In this document: piece after piece, positions 52,251 to 64,000 of the stretch
Position numbering within the stretch: position 1 is the stretch's first letter
Layout of the letters: the number at the start of each line of letters is the position of its first letter
NCBI RefSeq assembly: GCF_009914755.1
Contig: NC_060926.1
DNA length: 64,000 nt
Direction: 5' to 3' (one strand)
DNA from: the human T2T-CHM13v2.0 reference genome, Homo sapiens
Position numbers and translations under genes: made by a program
Notes under the pieces: model-generated
The model's input: only the letters and a program-made list of their open reading frames with translations
Database searches by the model: none
What the model was told of the DNA's origin: nothing

Positions 52251-55200
52251 TTTATTCTTTTTCTTTAAAAAAGTCTCCACATTCTCATACACATACTCTC
52301 TACTACCTATGCAATAAGACATTCATGCAATAAAGTGAGAAAACATTGCTCCATGTTTGGGCTGTACAGTTTAAAATAACATCATAGTGTTTCATCACTA
52401 TGACCATTGGATCTGCACAAATATTAGCTCATTTTCTTTTGAGCTTCACTCATCAAGTGGCTAAAAATCATGGAATACAGCATCTGAGAAAATGAGTTAT
52501 AGTTACTTCAGAAAATAAAACATAAACTCTATAAGATGAGAAGTAAAACGATCACGATTTACTAGAATAAAGTGACTGAATGACCATAAATATATAAGCG
52601 GTTGCTCATGGAAGTGTATAAGGTGATTGGCAAGAAATTGATGCACATAGGTATGTGGAGAAAAAGAAAACTAATATTGAATGGTCCGCTATTACTTACA
52701 TGACATTTTCACAAATAGTATTTCATATAAAAAATATAAATACTACAATAATCTTGTAAATTAGCAAATATAATTTTTCCATGGTAGAGAAAAGGAAATA
52801 GGCTTAGAAAAGTTGTGCATACCACATAGATAATAAAGAAAGGATTGTAATTTAAGCATAGGTCCCTGTGTCACCAAAACACATGCTAGGAGTTAAAAGG
52901 GGGAAAAATATTGCTATAAATAAGGGAGTAAAACGACTCAGTGGTTGAGGCTTCTAGAAAGACAAAGTTTTTCCATAGTATGTGGAATTCATGGCTTAAG
53001 AACATAAAATCCCATGGACAGTAATTACTGAAGATTCCTGTCAATAACATTAAGATCTGTCAGAAGAGAGGTAAGGACATTTAGAAGGGGCAAGCATCAA
53101 TATGTTTTTTGGGGAGAGGTGAGCATAAAAGGAGAAATATTTAAGGGATTCTGAGGAAAGAACCAAAGAAAAAGTGTTAATGAGTATTGTGGGTTTGTTT
53201 TGGGATGGCAAAATGGAAGTCTCAAAGATAAGTTACAGAAACACTCTCAGTGAAAAGAATAGTATGTGAAAAGCATGTAATTGTGGAGTGGCATGATATA
53301 TTCACAGAACTATAAGAATTTTCCTATTACTAAAACAGAAAAGTGTGAACAAAAAAACACTATAAGGTTGGGGATAGCTTTTAAAGACATGTTAATCCTG
53401 AATGTAAAAATATATTTGTTACGTGTTTAGAATGATAATTTGATTTGGAAATATCAGTGATTCATCCTTAAATCTATCTAGAGAGTTAGTAATCTCTTTC
53501 TTACTTTTTTGTTTATAAGCAAACAGTAGTTGCTACAGAATCCTGAATGACTCTTTGGGTCATGCTTAAAACATATAAGCCAGAAATTTAGCAATCAGGT
53601 TAGGTAGACAGTTTTATTTCTTTAAGGGAAACTTTTTTTTTAATCCAAAGAAAGATTAACTATTGTAACAAGAAAAGCTTCATGTTTGATGGTATAGAGT
53701 TAAGAATACCTGAACTTTTACTTATAGTGTCAGAGCGATTTGACTGAAAGATGAAATTGGAGACAGTGTAATGTTATAGGGCACACATCTAAGATACATG
53801 CAAAATCTCTCAACAGTTAAGTCCTCCCCTCCCTGTGCCCTGTTTCTTGTTCAAAGGGAACAGTAAATTAGTCAGCAAGAACCTTTCCAGTCCCTTTTTG
53901 TGGCAGTAGCAGGTGAGGCAGAGGGCTGATTTTCATCAAGACCAATACCTTTCTACAGCAATGAGAGTGGAATAATAAATTAGGATTGGTCCACTAGTAT
54001 TAGGAGCAGTAGGGAAGTTAACTTTTAGATCTAAAAATACACACAAAAAAATCAAGTTGATCAGAATGTGAGTTCTCTATATACCAATAATCTAGTGAGA
54101 CTAAGTAGTAAATATAAGTGGTTTTTGGAAAAAAAAAACAAACAAAAAAACCCAATGCAATCTGCTTTTCTTGCTTACAATGGCAAAGCCTTGCAAACTC
54201 ACTATAATGGTGGAGGAGGACAGCTTGCTTCTTTACCCAGACACTTACAGAGTTGCATTTTAAAACACATTCATAATGACAAGTATGACAAATCATATAA
54301 AAATATATTTTTGTTTTGTACAGTTCTATTAGATGTTGTTAAATTAAAATAATCAATATGTCCTTCATAAGAAGGACAAATATATGAAAAACCACTGGAA
54401 TAAAAACTTCACATTATGCTAGGCTATTAATTCTGTTTTATTATTACATAGAATAATAGCTTTAGAAAAATATTAAAGACATTATATTACCAAGTGTGGT
54501 TCAAACTGAATTTTGTGATTCATACTAGATTTTGTTTTAAATTTAAAATCAATAAAAACTACAAATGTTTAAATAAAAGGATAGATGAGAGAGACCCTTA
54601 AATAGACTTAATTCTAGAATAACCTTGGTTAAAAATTATAAAGTGGTTATGTCACATTAGTACTAATTATATACTTAAAATATAATGTTAATTTAAATAG
54701 TTAATAGTGATTGGAAGAGTTTTATTTTTAAGCAACATGACTAGATTTGTTTTTATAATGAAGATTTGACAGTAGAAATATGTAGAGATAGTTAGACTGG
54801 AGAACAGGGTCACCAGTCGGGTAGCTTCAGAAATTATGCCATGATATGAAAATTAATGGAGTTGTACCTTAGGTATTTGTCTGTTTGTACTGTTTATAAG
54901 CTATGGATATTTCATTGCATAAGCCAGAGACCTCCTTGAGGTCTGGGATTTTACTTGCTTTTGTCATTAAGGGCGTAAATGGAACAAAGTAGGTTTGAGT
55001 ACATCTGTTAGTTTTTCACTTTCCCTCTCTATTCACCTTTTCCTTTGAAAATCATAGCTCAGATTACCTGTGGGTATTTATGTTCTTCTCTCTTATGTTT
55101 CTAATAAATTAGCTTGATCCCTAAGCCTGAAGACATGAAGGAGCAAGTATGGGTACACAGATTTGGGAAAATCAGAATATAACCACAACAATTTGTTATG

Positions 55201-56497
55201 TAATCAGAGCCAAGGAGTGCATTGAGATATTGTTGTGACTTCTAGGAGACATAATTACACTATTTCCTCTAGAATTAAAATGGAACCTGAGAGTATATAA
55301 TGTACGTTATAATATACATAATATAAAAAGCTATCTTTTACTGTGCTAAGAGTGTTTGCACAAAAATGGAGTCTACCTAAAAGAAAAGGGTTTCATATGT
55401 GAAGAGAAATAATTCTGGTAACATCGTTAGATGTCTTGGATCTGATTTTGCATACAGTCTGCCCTACTGATCTTCAGTTTCACTTTCTTAAGTGAATCTG
55501 AGTTGGATTTTCTGTTATTACCATCTTAGCTGATACAAAGTTAAGCAATTCACTTGTGTTCAGTGAGCGTTGAATTAATAAAAAAAATTGCTTTGGAGGC
55601 TGGAGAGTTGTATTCTTAAATTATTAAGTTATAGGACAGAAATATTTAACTTAGTGTTGATGGGTCTGCATATACTTCTAATAGTTTACTACATGCTCTC
55701 CCCCTTCAACTATATGCAAAATTTTGAGAGGGCATGCTGATTTGCATTTCTCTGGGGTGAGGGAACAACATTTTCATCAGGCTCAAAGAATTATCTTGTA
55801 ACTTTGAAAGGAAAATGAAATGCAGAAAACTATAAATAAGAAATTATCAGCATTTGCATGATACGTATTTATAATCTAAATGACTGTTAAAAACAATTTT
55901 CAAACATTTTTAAAATTTGATTGCTAGAAGATATATTAAATACCATCTTACATATTTAGCCTAAATTCAAAGTAAGACCCTTTAAAATATGTTGATTTTT
56001 ATTCTGAGATATAAGACATTCAGACTAAATTGACTTTAGATTATTATAAAATCAATTATCCCTTAGATTAGATAGCACTGACACTTACAGTTGTGGTGAC
56101 ATATTGACCACCAGCTTTCGACAGATGTAGATACACTTTTTGAAATAGCAACAAATTAAAGATCAAACTGAAAAATTTGATATATAGTAATAAATTTCAG
56201 TAACAAATTTAAACTTAATCTAAAAGTATTTTGCATAGTTATAAAATATGTTTCTCACTATCACTGTGACTCTGTCTTATTTTCTACCTAAATAATTTTT
56301 GCCACAGTAATTTTCACATAATAGATACGCCACCTGTTTATCTTAATATGTTAGTTTGCATAGGACTCCTTTGGATATGGATTTTTGTCATTAACTTGAT
56401 TTTGGTTAATACAAACTGCCATTGGAATGTTTATATTAGGATTTTTCTTCATTGCTATTTCACAATATCTGTTTTCAGTTCCAAGACAAAGACTTTT

Positions 56498-56834
56498 TGT
56501 ATTAGTCTGTTTTCCATGATGCTGATAAAGACATACCAGAGACTTGGTAATTTATATAGGAAAAAGGGTTTAATTGTGAGGCCTCACAATCATGGCGGAA
56601 GGCAAGGAGGAGTAAGTCACGTCTTACATCGATGGCAGCAGGCATAGATAGAGCTTGTGCACGGAAACTCCTGTTTTTAAAACCATCAGATCTCATGAGA
56701 CTCATTCACTATCACAAAAACAGCAAAGGAAGACCCACCCCCATAATTCAGTTACCTCCCACCGGGTCCCTCCCACAACATAACATGTGGAATTCAAGAT
56801 GAGATTTGGGTGGGGACACAGCCAAATCATATCA
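56498..56834 (-). mobile_element. THE1B-like solo LTR
   Basis: 'tgtattagtctgttttccatgatgctgataaagacatacc...gagatttgggtggggacacagccaaatcatatca'; TSD ctttt/cttct. Confidence 0.92.
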
Positions 56835-56867
56835 CTTCTTAACCAAAGAATTTAAATATCTGGAGAA

Positions 56868-56927
56868 ATGCAATTTGAAGGAGGAAAACACAACTAACAG
56901 TAAAATATGCAATTTGAAGGAGGAAAA
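56868..56927. repeat. 21-bp direct repeat with 18-bp spacer
   Basis: atgcaatttgaaggaggaaaa at 56868-56888 and 56907-56927. Confidence 0.9.
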
Positions 56928-58624
56928 AAAATTCTCAGTAATCATTTTGTCCTTTAGTGGAAAACAGATTGTATTACAAATTCTACTCAGATTTAAATAA
57001 CAAATCATTAAGAGATTCCTTTTTGTTTAAATATATTTTTAGAGTATACTTTTTCAGAGAACATAGTTAAACCTATAACATGGTATTTTTAATGTGATAC
57101 AAGAGATAGTTATCCAAGGTTTATTCTGTTGTGTAAGTAGTGTTGACTGAAGATCTCTTTTCCTATTCCCCCATTTGTAACAGCTCAAAAATTACTTAAA
57201 GGTTGGTGGGAGCTAATAAATGAAAATGCCAAGAAAGCCTTTAGGGTATATTAGATAAATGCTTGACTAGTACAATGGACACTTTCCAGGGGGTCTTGAT
57301 AGATTTCAGGGGTGATGTAAACCAAGTAGAGAAATATATGCTTAGAGAAGAAAATAGAAGATTTTAAGTAAATGCATAAAAACTGATTAGTTCACTTTCA
57401 TAAACTTTATGAAAATTTACCCATGTAACAGTATTACATGGTTAAATTTAACTCTTGGAAAGTGTGGGATTGACTGTGGCTCTGGGAACCCGAACTCTCC
57501 TCTCTCAGGATCCTGGGCCAGTTGAGATAATAATTTTTTCACATCTCATTATGATTCTAAGGAATTTCCTGCAAATACATCCTTGCTAGGGGATCCTAAC
57601 ATACTGACTACAGCTTAATGGACCAGAAAAGATCACATAGCCCACGCGAGTACAATCACAAATGTGTGTAACAAGAGGAATGCTATTAATTTACTGATCC
57701 ATTTAGATTCTCTCTCAGGAGCTTGAACAAGATAAACACAAAACTGACCAGTGGTCTCGAAGTAGAAAATGAGGGAAGAAAAAAAGAGAAAGACCGTGGG
57801 CATATCTGAGTTGTGCTAAAAGTAGATTACTAGAACAGGGACAAGAGCATTTACACTGCTAAGTGGTCAATGAAATAACTCAGGAGTTAGAGATGAGAGT
57901 CCATTTTTCTAAATCATATTCCAGTTTCCATAAGCATTGTTTGTCACAGACTTCCATCATGTCTAAACTTCCATTTACAGAATAGGCAATATATCACCAG
58001 TTTCATAGGTATTCTGATCATCACCATCCCTTGAAATTTAATAAAACCAAATACCATTCATGGCGACATTCCACTACCCATCGTGGTTGTGGAATGACAG
58101 CAGTGAAGTTTTCCAGAAAGGTGTAATCTCCTTGAGGGAAAGAACTGCACTATCTTCTTTTTCAGTACTTAATACGCAGTGCCCAATGCATATTTGTAAA
58201 ATAAATGTGAGAAATAACTGTGTTCTGGATATGGAAGTTGAAATAGAAAAAAACTATGAAGCCAAAGAAATGAAAACTTGATATTCATGATAATCAAATA
58301 TGTCAGAGCAATTTTGAATAAGAGACATGCATTGAACATTTTCCTTTAACCAATATCCATAGATCTCTGGTTATGTTACATAATGAAAGAAAATTCAGTA
58401 TTAAATTGAAAATATTGTTTAGAACTTCCTTAAGACCTGTGTATTGAGTATCCTGGAATTAAAGAACAGAATTGTAGAGTTCATGTTTCCTTTCCCTCTG
58501 TTGATTTGTTTTCCTCAATTGCTTTTTTGTTGTCTATGAGTGAATGAAAAAGACACGTTTAATGCATCTTTGTCCTTTCTTGTGGTTTGGTGTTTGCTTG
58601 TGGTTGAAGAATCTTGTATTTTCT

Positions 58625-58708
58625 TTCTGGCTTCTAGAATTACGAAAATAAATTTCTGTTTTTCAAGCCACCCAATCCATTGTATTCTTGTTATAGCAGT
58701 CCGAATTT
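58625..58708 (+). mobile_element. MLT1/MST LTR 3' fragment
   Basis: 'ggcttctagaattacgaaaataaatttctgttttcaagccacccaatccattgtattcttgttatagcagtccgaa'. Confidence 0.65.
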
Positions 58709-60853
58709 ACCCCATTCACCCCAAAAGTAAAATTTATTTTAATAAATAAAACATTATACTCACTTTGATTTTGAAATTGTGAAATATGGAGACTGTTAGG
58801 AAAGTTTGGAAAAATGACCATATTTTATTTAAGATAAATAAATCAATATTCTTCCAGATGTTTTTAATATAGCACAAGTACAAAGAATATATTTATTCTT
58901 GAAATTTGAGTATTTTAAACTAAATTTATTTCTTGTTATAAGTCTAGCTGTGTACACACATTTGAAAGCTATTTATTTTTCATGACTATTTTTGGTAATA
59001 TTAGACGATCTTCTTCCTACCACCACTAGCAGTGATATTTTAAACTACCAATAATGTTGATAGGGTTTGTTCCTGTGAGTAGGCTGAAAATTTATCTTCA
59101 GCCAAAAGATGATATTACTAGAATCTTAATTATTATTATTTTTCTTTTTCTTTGTCTTTGAGACTTCAGGCATAAAAATCTGTATTGGAATTAATACCTC
59201 CCTATGTATTTGGTTTATAATTGTTATATGTATGCAAATTGCTTGCTGTTAGCATCCATTATTTTATTTTCTTTAATTTGTGAAACTAAATTAAATGCTC
59301 TTCTTTATTGAATGCATAGATCACAGACTTAGATAGTGCAAATGACCTCCAAAGTTTACAACAAGTGAATATTATGGCTTCAAGCCACTACTACAACTTT
59401 ACATTGCTTTCTCTCTTTAATCTTCAAAAATAATTGCTATCATATATAGACATACGATTAAACATTACGAAGCTATCATTTATTCTTTTTATATATGCTT
59501 GTAATGTATTAAAAAGTATGACTAATCTTTATTCCAAGTTATGCCATATGTATTGCACAACTTCTAGGTATGATGATTCAGGTTTCAGGGTCAACTGCCA
59601 TTAATCTACTAGTCTTATTCAGAACAACAGATAATAGAGTTGAAAAGGGGAACAATTCTAGATAGCACTGATATACATTGAGAACTGTACAAATACTTTT
59701 ACCTTGATTTAAGTGAGATATGTAGTTGAATTCAAGTTCAAGGTGACAGTTTGAGACTATTTGCCTGTCCTCTAATCATCCTATACCACCTGTCAGGATC
59801 CTGTTTATATAATTGCAAATTACACTTAAATAAGCTAAAGATTCCTGGGTGGAAAAAAGGATGTATCATAAGACTAAATGTTTGGATGATTTCTTTTGGG
59901 GGATAAAGCAAACAAAATTACCTAGGCTGAGATCTCCATAGGAAACAAACACTAACTCTAAAACTAATTGGTTCTTTTCCAGGCAGCTCTTCAAAAGATC
60001 CAGTTTACAGGCAATAAATACAAAGTGTAAGAATAAGTCATCAGAACAGCATCATTGCCATTAATTTAACACTGCAATGAAAACAGGTGAACCAGTTAAT
60101 TCCCTACATTCTTATTATATTTAGCTCCATTACTAGCAAGAGCTTCCCCTCTTTATTATAATAGCACTTAAACTTCTCTCTAAAATAAGTAAATAGTCTA
60201 CCCGGGCGTTTGCCCTTTCAGTGGGATCAGAAAGGCAATTTAAGCACATTTAGAGGTAATCCTGTATCCTCCCAATAGAAAGGGAGGGGAGAAAAGGAAA
60301 GAAAAGGCAACTTTATTCAAGATGGAAAGATACTAAGCAACTTGAATCCCAAATTAAGGAGCTTTTCACCCTGGATGTTACACAGGTATTCAAACTGTCC
60401 AACGGTTTTCTGTCTACATGCCCCAGAGTAAAAATGAACATCAATCCTCCATTCAACAGTTGTTCGAGAACAGATCTGCTGAACTATGGAAAAAAATACA
60501 AGTCAGCTGTTATCATTAAAAGCTAATATGTAAATGGATGATCAGGATCACTAATATGAAACAGGACAAGATGAACTAACAGAAGTCTCCACAGAGGAAA
60601 TATGAATAATTCAATAAGGAAGAGAAAACTTAAAATAAAACTTTAATATTCTTATTATTTGAGAGGCTATTTTAATCTAGAGTAGGAAAGCGCTGCAAAC
60701 CAAAAGGAACAATTAAAGAAAAAGTGTCATTGAAAATTAAAATTATTTGCTAAATATAATTATGTGGAGGGACCAAAAAATACAGTTAAGCTGGAAGTCC
60801 AGAAAATAAAGTCAAAGGAATAAAGGAATTCTGAGTGAAGACTAAAGATCTCA

Positions 60854-60854
<1 letters not shown>

Positions 60855-60899
<45 letters not shown>
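60855..60899. repeat. (CA)n microsatellite abutting the MER44 end
   Basis: About 22 CA units, directly visible. Confidence 0.95.
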
Positions 60900-60900
<1 letters not shown>

Positions 60901-60902
<2 letters not shown>

Positions 60903-61715
60903 GTAGCCCCCTCTTATCTACACGGATATGTTTAAAGACTGCCAGTGGATGCCTGAAAATGAAGATAGTATTGAACTCTGTACATACTATGTTTTTTTTT
61001 CCTATACATGCATACCTATACCTATAAAGTTTAAGTAATAAGTTAGGTGTATTAAGAGATTAATGAGAATTAATAATAAAATAAGACAATTATAACAAAA
61101 TTCCAGCATCACTACTTTTATGCTTTGAGTTCATTATGAAGTAAAATGAGGGTTAATTGAATGCAAGCATGGCATTATGGGTTTCATAACCAAGACAGCA
61201 ACTAAGTGACTAATGAGCCGGTAGCTAGTACACAGCTAACCCCTGAGCAACTCAAAAGTTAGGAGTATCAACCCACCGCACAGTCATAAATTTACATATA
61301 GGTTTTGACTCTTCAAAAACATACCTATTATTAGCCTACAATTATTGATCATAAGCCTTATAGGTAACATGAACTGTCTATTAACACATACGTTTAATGT
61401 TATATGTATTATGTACTGTCTTCTTTCAATAATATAAGCTAGAGAATAGAAAGTGTTATTAGGAAAGTCATAAGGAAGAGAAAATATATTTACTATTCAT
61501 TAAGTGGAAGTGGATCATGATAAAGTTCTTCATCCCATCCTGAGTGGATGGCCGGGGTGATGCGAGATTTCCTTATGCTACTCACAAAGACATGCCATTT
61601 AAAACGTATGGATTGGTAAATTCTAGAATTTTCAATTTAATATTTTTGGACCATGGTTGACTTCAGGTGATCAAAACCATGGAAAACAAAACCACAGATA
61701 AGAAGGGACCTACTG
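60901..61715. mobile_element. MER44-like (Tc1/mariner Tigger-family) DNA transposon
   Basis: Terminal inverted repeats 'gagtagcccccctcttatc' ... 'gataagaagggacctactg'; internal 'ccagtggatgcctgaaa' typical of MER44. Confidence 0.8.
61233..61534. mobile_element. Tigger2-like fragment nested in MER44
   Basis: 'cagctaacccctgagcaac...ttttgactcttcaaaaac...aagagaaaatatatttactattcattaagtggaagtggatcatgataaagttcttcatc' matches a Tigger2 terminal region. Confidence 0.8.
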
Positions 61716-62254
61716 TTTATATATGGCATAGATTCAGGAGCTCAATCTCTGGACAATAGTAATTTCAGAGTAGAAGAATAAACAATGAAGAGAAAAATAA
61801 CAAATATTTTTAAGTATAGGGTTGACATTCTTGACATACTGTGATGTAAAGAACACCCTAAAATCTTCCAGAGAAACGGTTAACATCAACATGAACAGAA
61901 TCATAATTGAAGCAACCTGTCATGAGCAACACTGAATGCTAGAGTTCAAAAGCAATGCCTTCAAAGTTTCATGTGGAAAGTTCTTATGAACATGTTATTA
62001 TTATCTTATAAATCAAGAGTGATCGTAAATAAATACACTTTCAGACATTCACATAATTAGGACATTTACCAGTGCCCCCACTCTACCTCATGAAAACTGT
62101 ACAAGACTGTTTGATAAAGCATAGAGAAAAAAATAACCCAAGAATTAGAAAACATGGGGTCATAGGAGCAATGGAAGCTTGGATTGGCCCCCAAAGGAAC
62201 AGAAAAAGCTAAGAGATAATGAAAGCTTAGGCAAGCTAACCTTGATACGAGCCA

Positions 62255-62590
62255 TATAAATATATATATATATAAAATATGAATATATGTATATATTCAT
62301 CTTAAAGAATCTATCTAAATGTAAAAGAATCTGTCTAGCATATTTATCTAAATATATATTTTAGATTTAGATTGTATAAATATATATATTTAGATAAATA
62401 AATATATACTTATATTTATATATTAGATAAATACATATGTATTTAGATAGTTTATTATAGGTAAGTATTTATATGATCTATACATATTTATATAGATAAA
62501 TATATATTTAGATAGATTCTTTAAGATGATGAATATATATATGCATGTTATATATATATATTTAGATAGATTCTTCAAGGTGATGAAGCT
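62255..62590. repeat. AT-rich low-complexity tract bracketed by a 24-bp perfect inverted repeat
   Basis: tcatcttaaagaatctatctaaat (62297-62320) vs atttagatagattctttaagatga (62506-62529). Confidence 0.85.
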
Positions 62591-62914
62591 AGGGCTTGAG
62601 TTTATTATTGAAAATTATAAAATTAATCACAAAAGAAAATTTAAAAATAAATTGTTAATAGTTTTCAGCAGCATCATAAAGAGATTCAGGATGATATATT
62701 TAACTTTTTCTTTAATATTCTGTTACATAGGATTTTTGAAATCTATTAATATCATGAATGATAATATCAGTAATAAAGATTCAAAAGGATTAAAAATTTA
62801 TGTTTGCTGTTTACTACATTTACTCAATACATATTTACTGAGTGCCTAACTCAGGTCAGGCATGCTGCTAGATGCTAAGCAGTGAACATACACATTTCTT
62901 AGCACTCAAAATAG

Positions 62915-63200
62915 CAGCATGGTGGTTAAGAATGCAAACTTTAAACTCAAACTGCTTGTGTTTTTATTTCTAATAACTAGTCCTTTTGTGGCGTTTTGGG
63001 TTTTTATTTCTATTCTAATAACTACTCATTGTGTGGCATTAGAGTTGAATAATCTGTTTCTCAGTTTCTTATTCTGGAAAAGAGTAACGGTGGCACCTAC
63101 TTTCTTAGGGTTGTTGTATTACATTAGTTCATGTAAAAAAAGCATTTAGAAGCATGCTTGTCACATGACAACTGTTATAAAAATGCAACCTATTATTCTA
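62915..63200 (+). mobile_element. MIR SINE (preceded by an L2 tail at ~62810-62890)
   Basis: 'gcatggtggttaagaatgcaaacttt...ctgtttctcagtttcttattctggaaaagag...cacctacttcttagggttgttg...aagcatttagaagcatgcttgtcaca'. Confidence 0.75.
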
Positions 63201-63620
63201 TCATTACTATCTAATGGGAACAATGTACAATTCTGAAAATATCTACAATAAAGTGAGATGAGCCTATTAATTCGAAATATGTTTTTTCATGAGAACACAT
63301 ATCAGTGTAATGGAACATGTGCCTTCATTTTTAAAGTATTGTTTGTAAGGGAGAAAAAAATAGCTCCTCTTTTAAAAACTAAACACTGAAGTGATGAAGA
63401 ATGCTGTAGAAATACACTTATCCTGACAGCTCAGAAACCTAGACTCCAGGCACCAAACATATTCTGTGCAGTCATTTACATGAACCATCTGGAATCTGGC
63501 ATCTGCATTCCAGATTTATGATTTACAGCCTTAGAAACTTTTTAAAAAGCTCTAAACCTTCACTTTTTTTTCACTAAAGTCAACTTATTTTAGGGTGCCA
63601 TCTTCTGCAATACAATTAAA

Positions 63621-64000
63621 CAGTCGACCCTCCATATCTATGGGTTCTGTATCTATAGAGTCAACCAATTGTGGATGGAAAATATTTGGGAAAAAATGTC
63701 TGTACTTAAAACAAACAGAAATTTTTCTTGTCACTATTTTCTAAGAAATATATCATAACAACTATTTATATAGAGTTTACATTGAATTTACAATTCAATT
63801 TACAAATTACATAGAATTTACAATAGAAATTTACTATTGTAAATTCTATTTCCATTGTAAATTCTATGTGAAGGTATAAGTAATCTAGGTATTATAAGTA
63901 ATCTAGACATGAGCTAGTGTATACAGGAGGATGTGCATAGGTTACACTCCTCATTTTATATAAGAAACTTGACCATCCATGAATTTTGATATCTACAAGG
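63621..64000. mobile_element. MER2 (Tigger-family) DNA transposon, runs off the window end
   Basis: 'cagtcgaccctccatatctatgggttctgtatc...tcaaccaattgtggatggaaaatatttggg', 'tatacaggaggatgtgcataggtta', 'aacttgaccatccatgaattttgatatc'. Confidence 0.85.

Overview
Primate (human-like) AT-rich non-coding genomic DNA, intergenic or deep intronic, dominated by interspersed repeats. These include seven Alu-family elements, one young L1PA insertion, many old L1M/L2/MIR fragments, about a dozen solo LTRs (ERV1, ERVK, ERVL, MaLR) and Tigger-family DNA transposons. No intact protein-coding gene is supported; the ORF track is explained by repeats, simple repeats and chance. Four structures stand out. (1) A ~250-bp inverted repeat pair (37372-37622 / 38359-38610) whose outer ~205 bp are identical, enclosing an old THE1/MST LTR: a candidate gene-converted or recurrently inverting segment. 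(2) An L1PA insertion whose TSDs reveal a twin-primed inversion carrying a 70-bp 3' transduction (50875-51828). (3) A ~3.3-kb probable processed pseudogene of unidentified parent, inserted into an L1MC element (30481-33795). (4) A 1.4-kb purine-pyrimidine alternating, CpG/E-box-rich minisatellite with three sub-domains (40431-41830). Repeat subfamily names come from recalled consensus sequences, not a database search. I see no evidence of a new multi-gene system.
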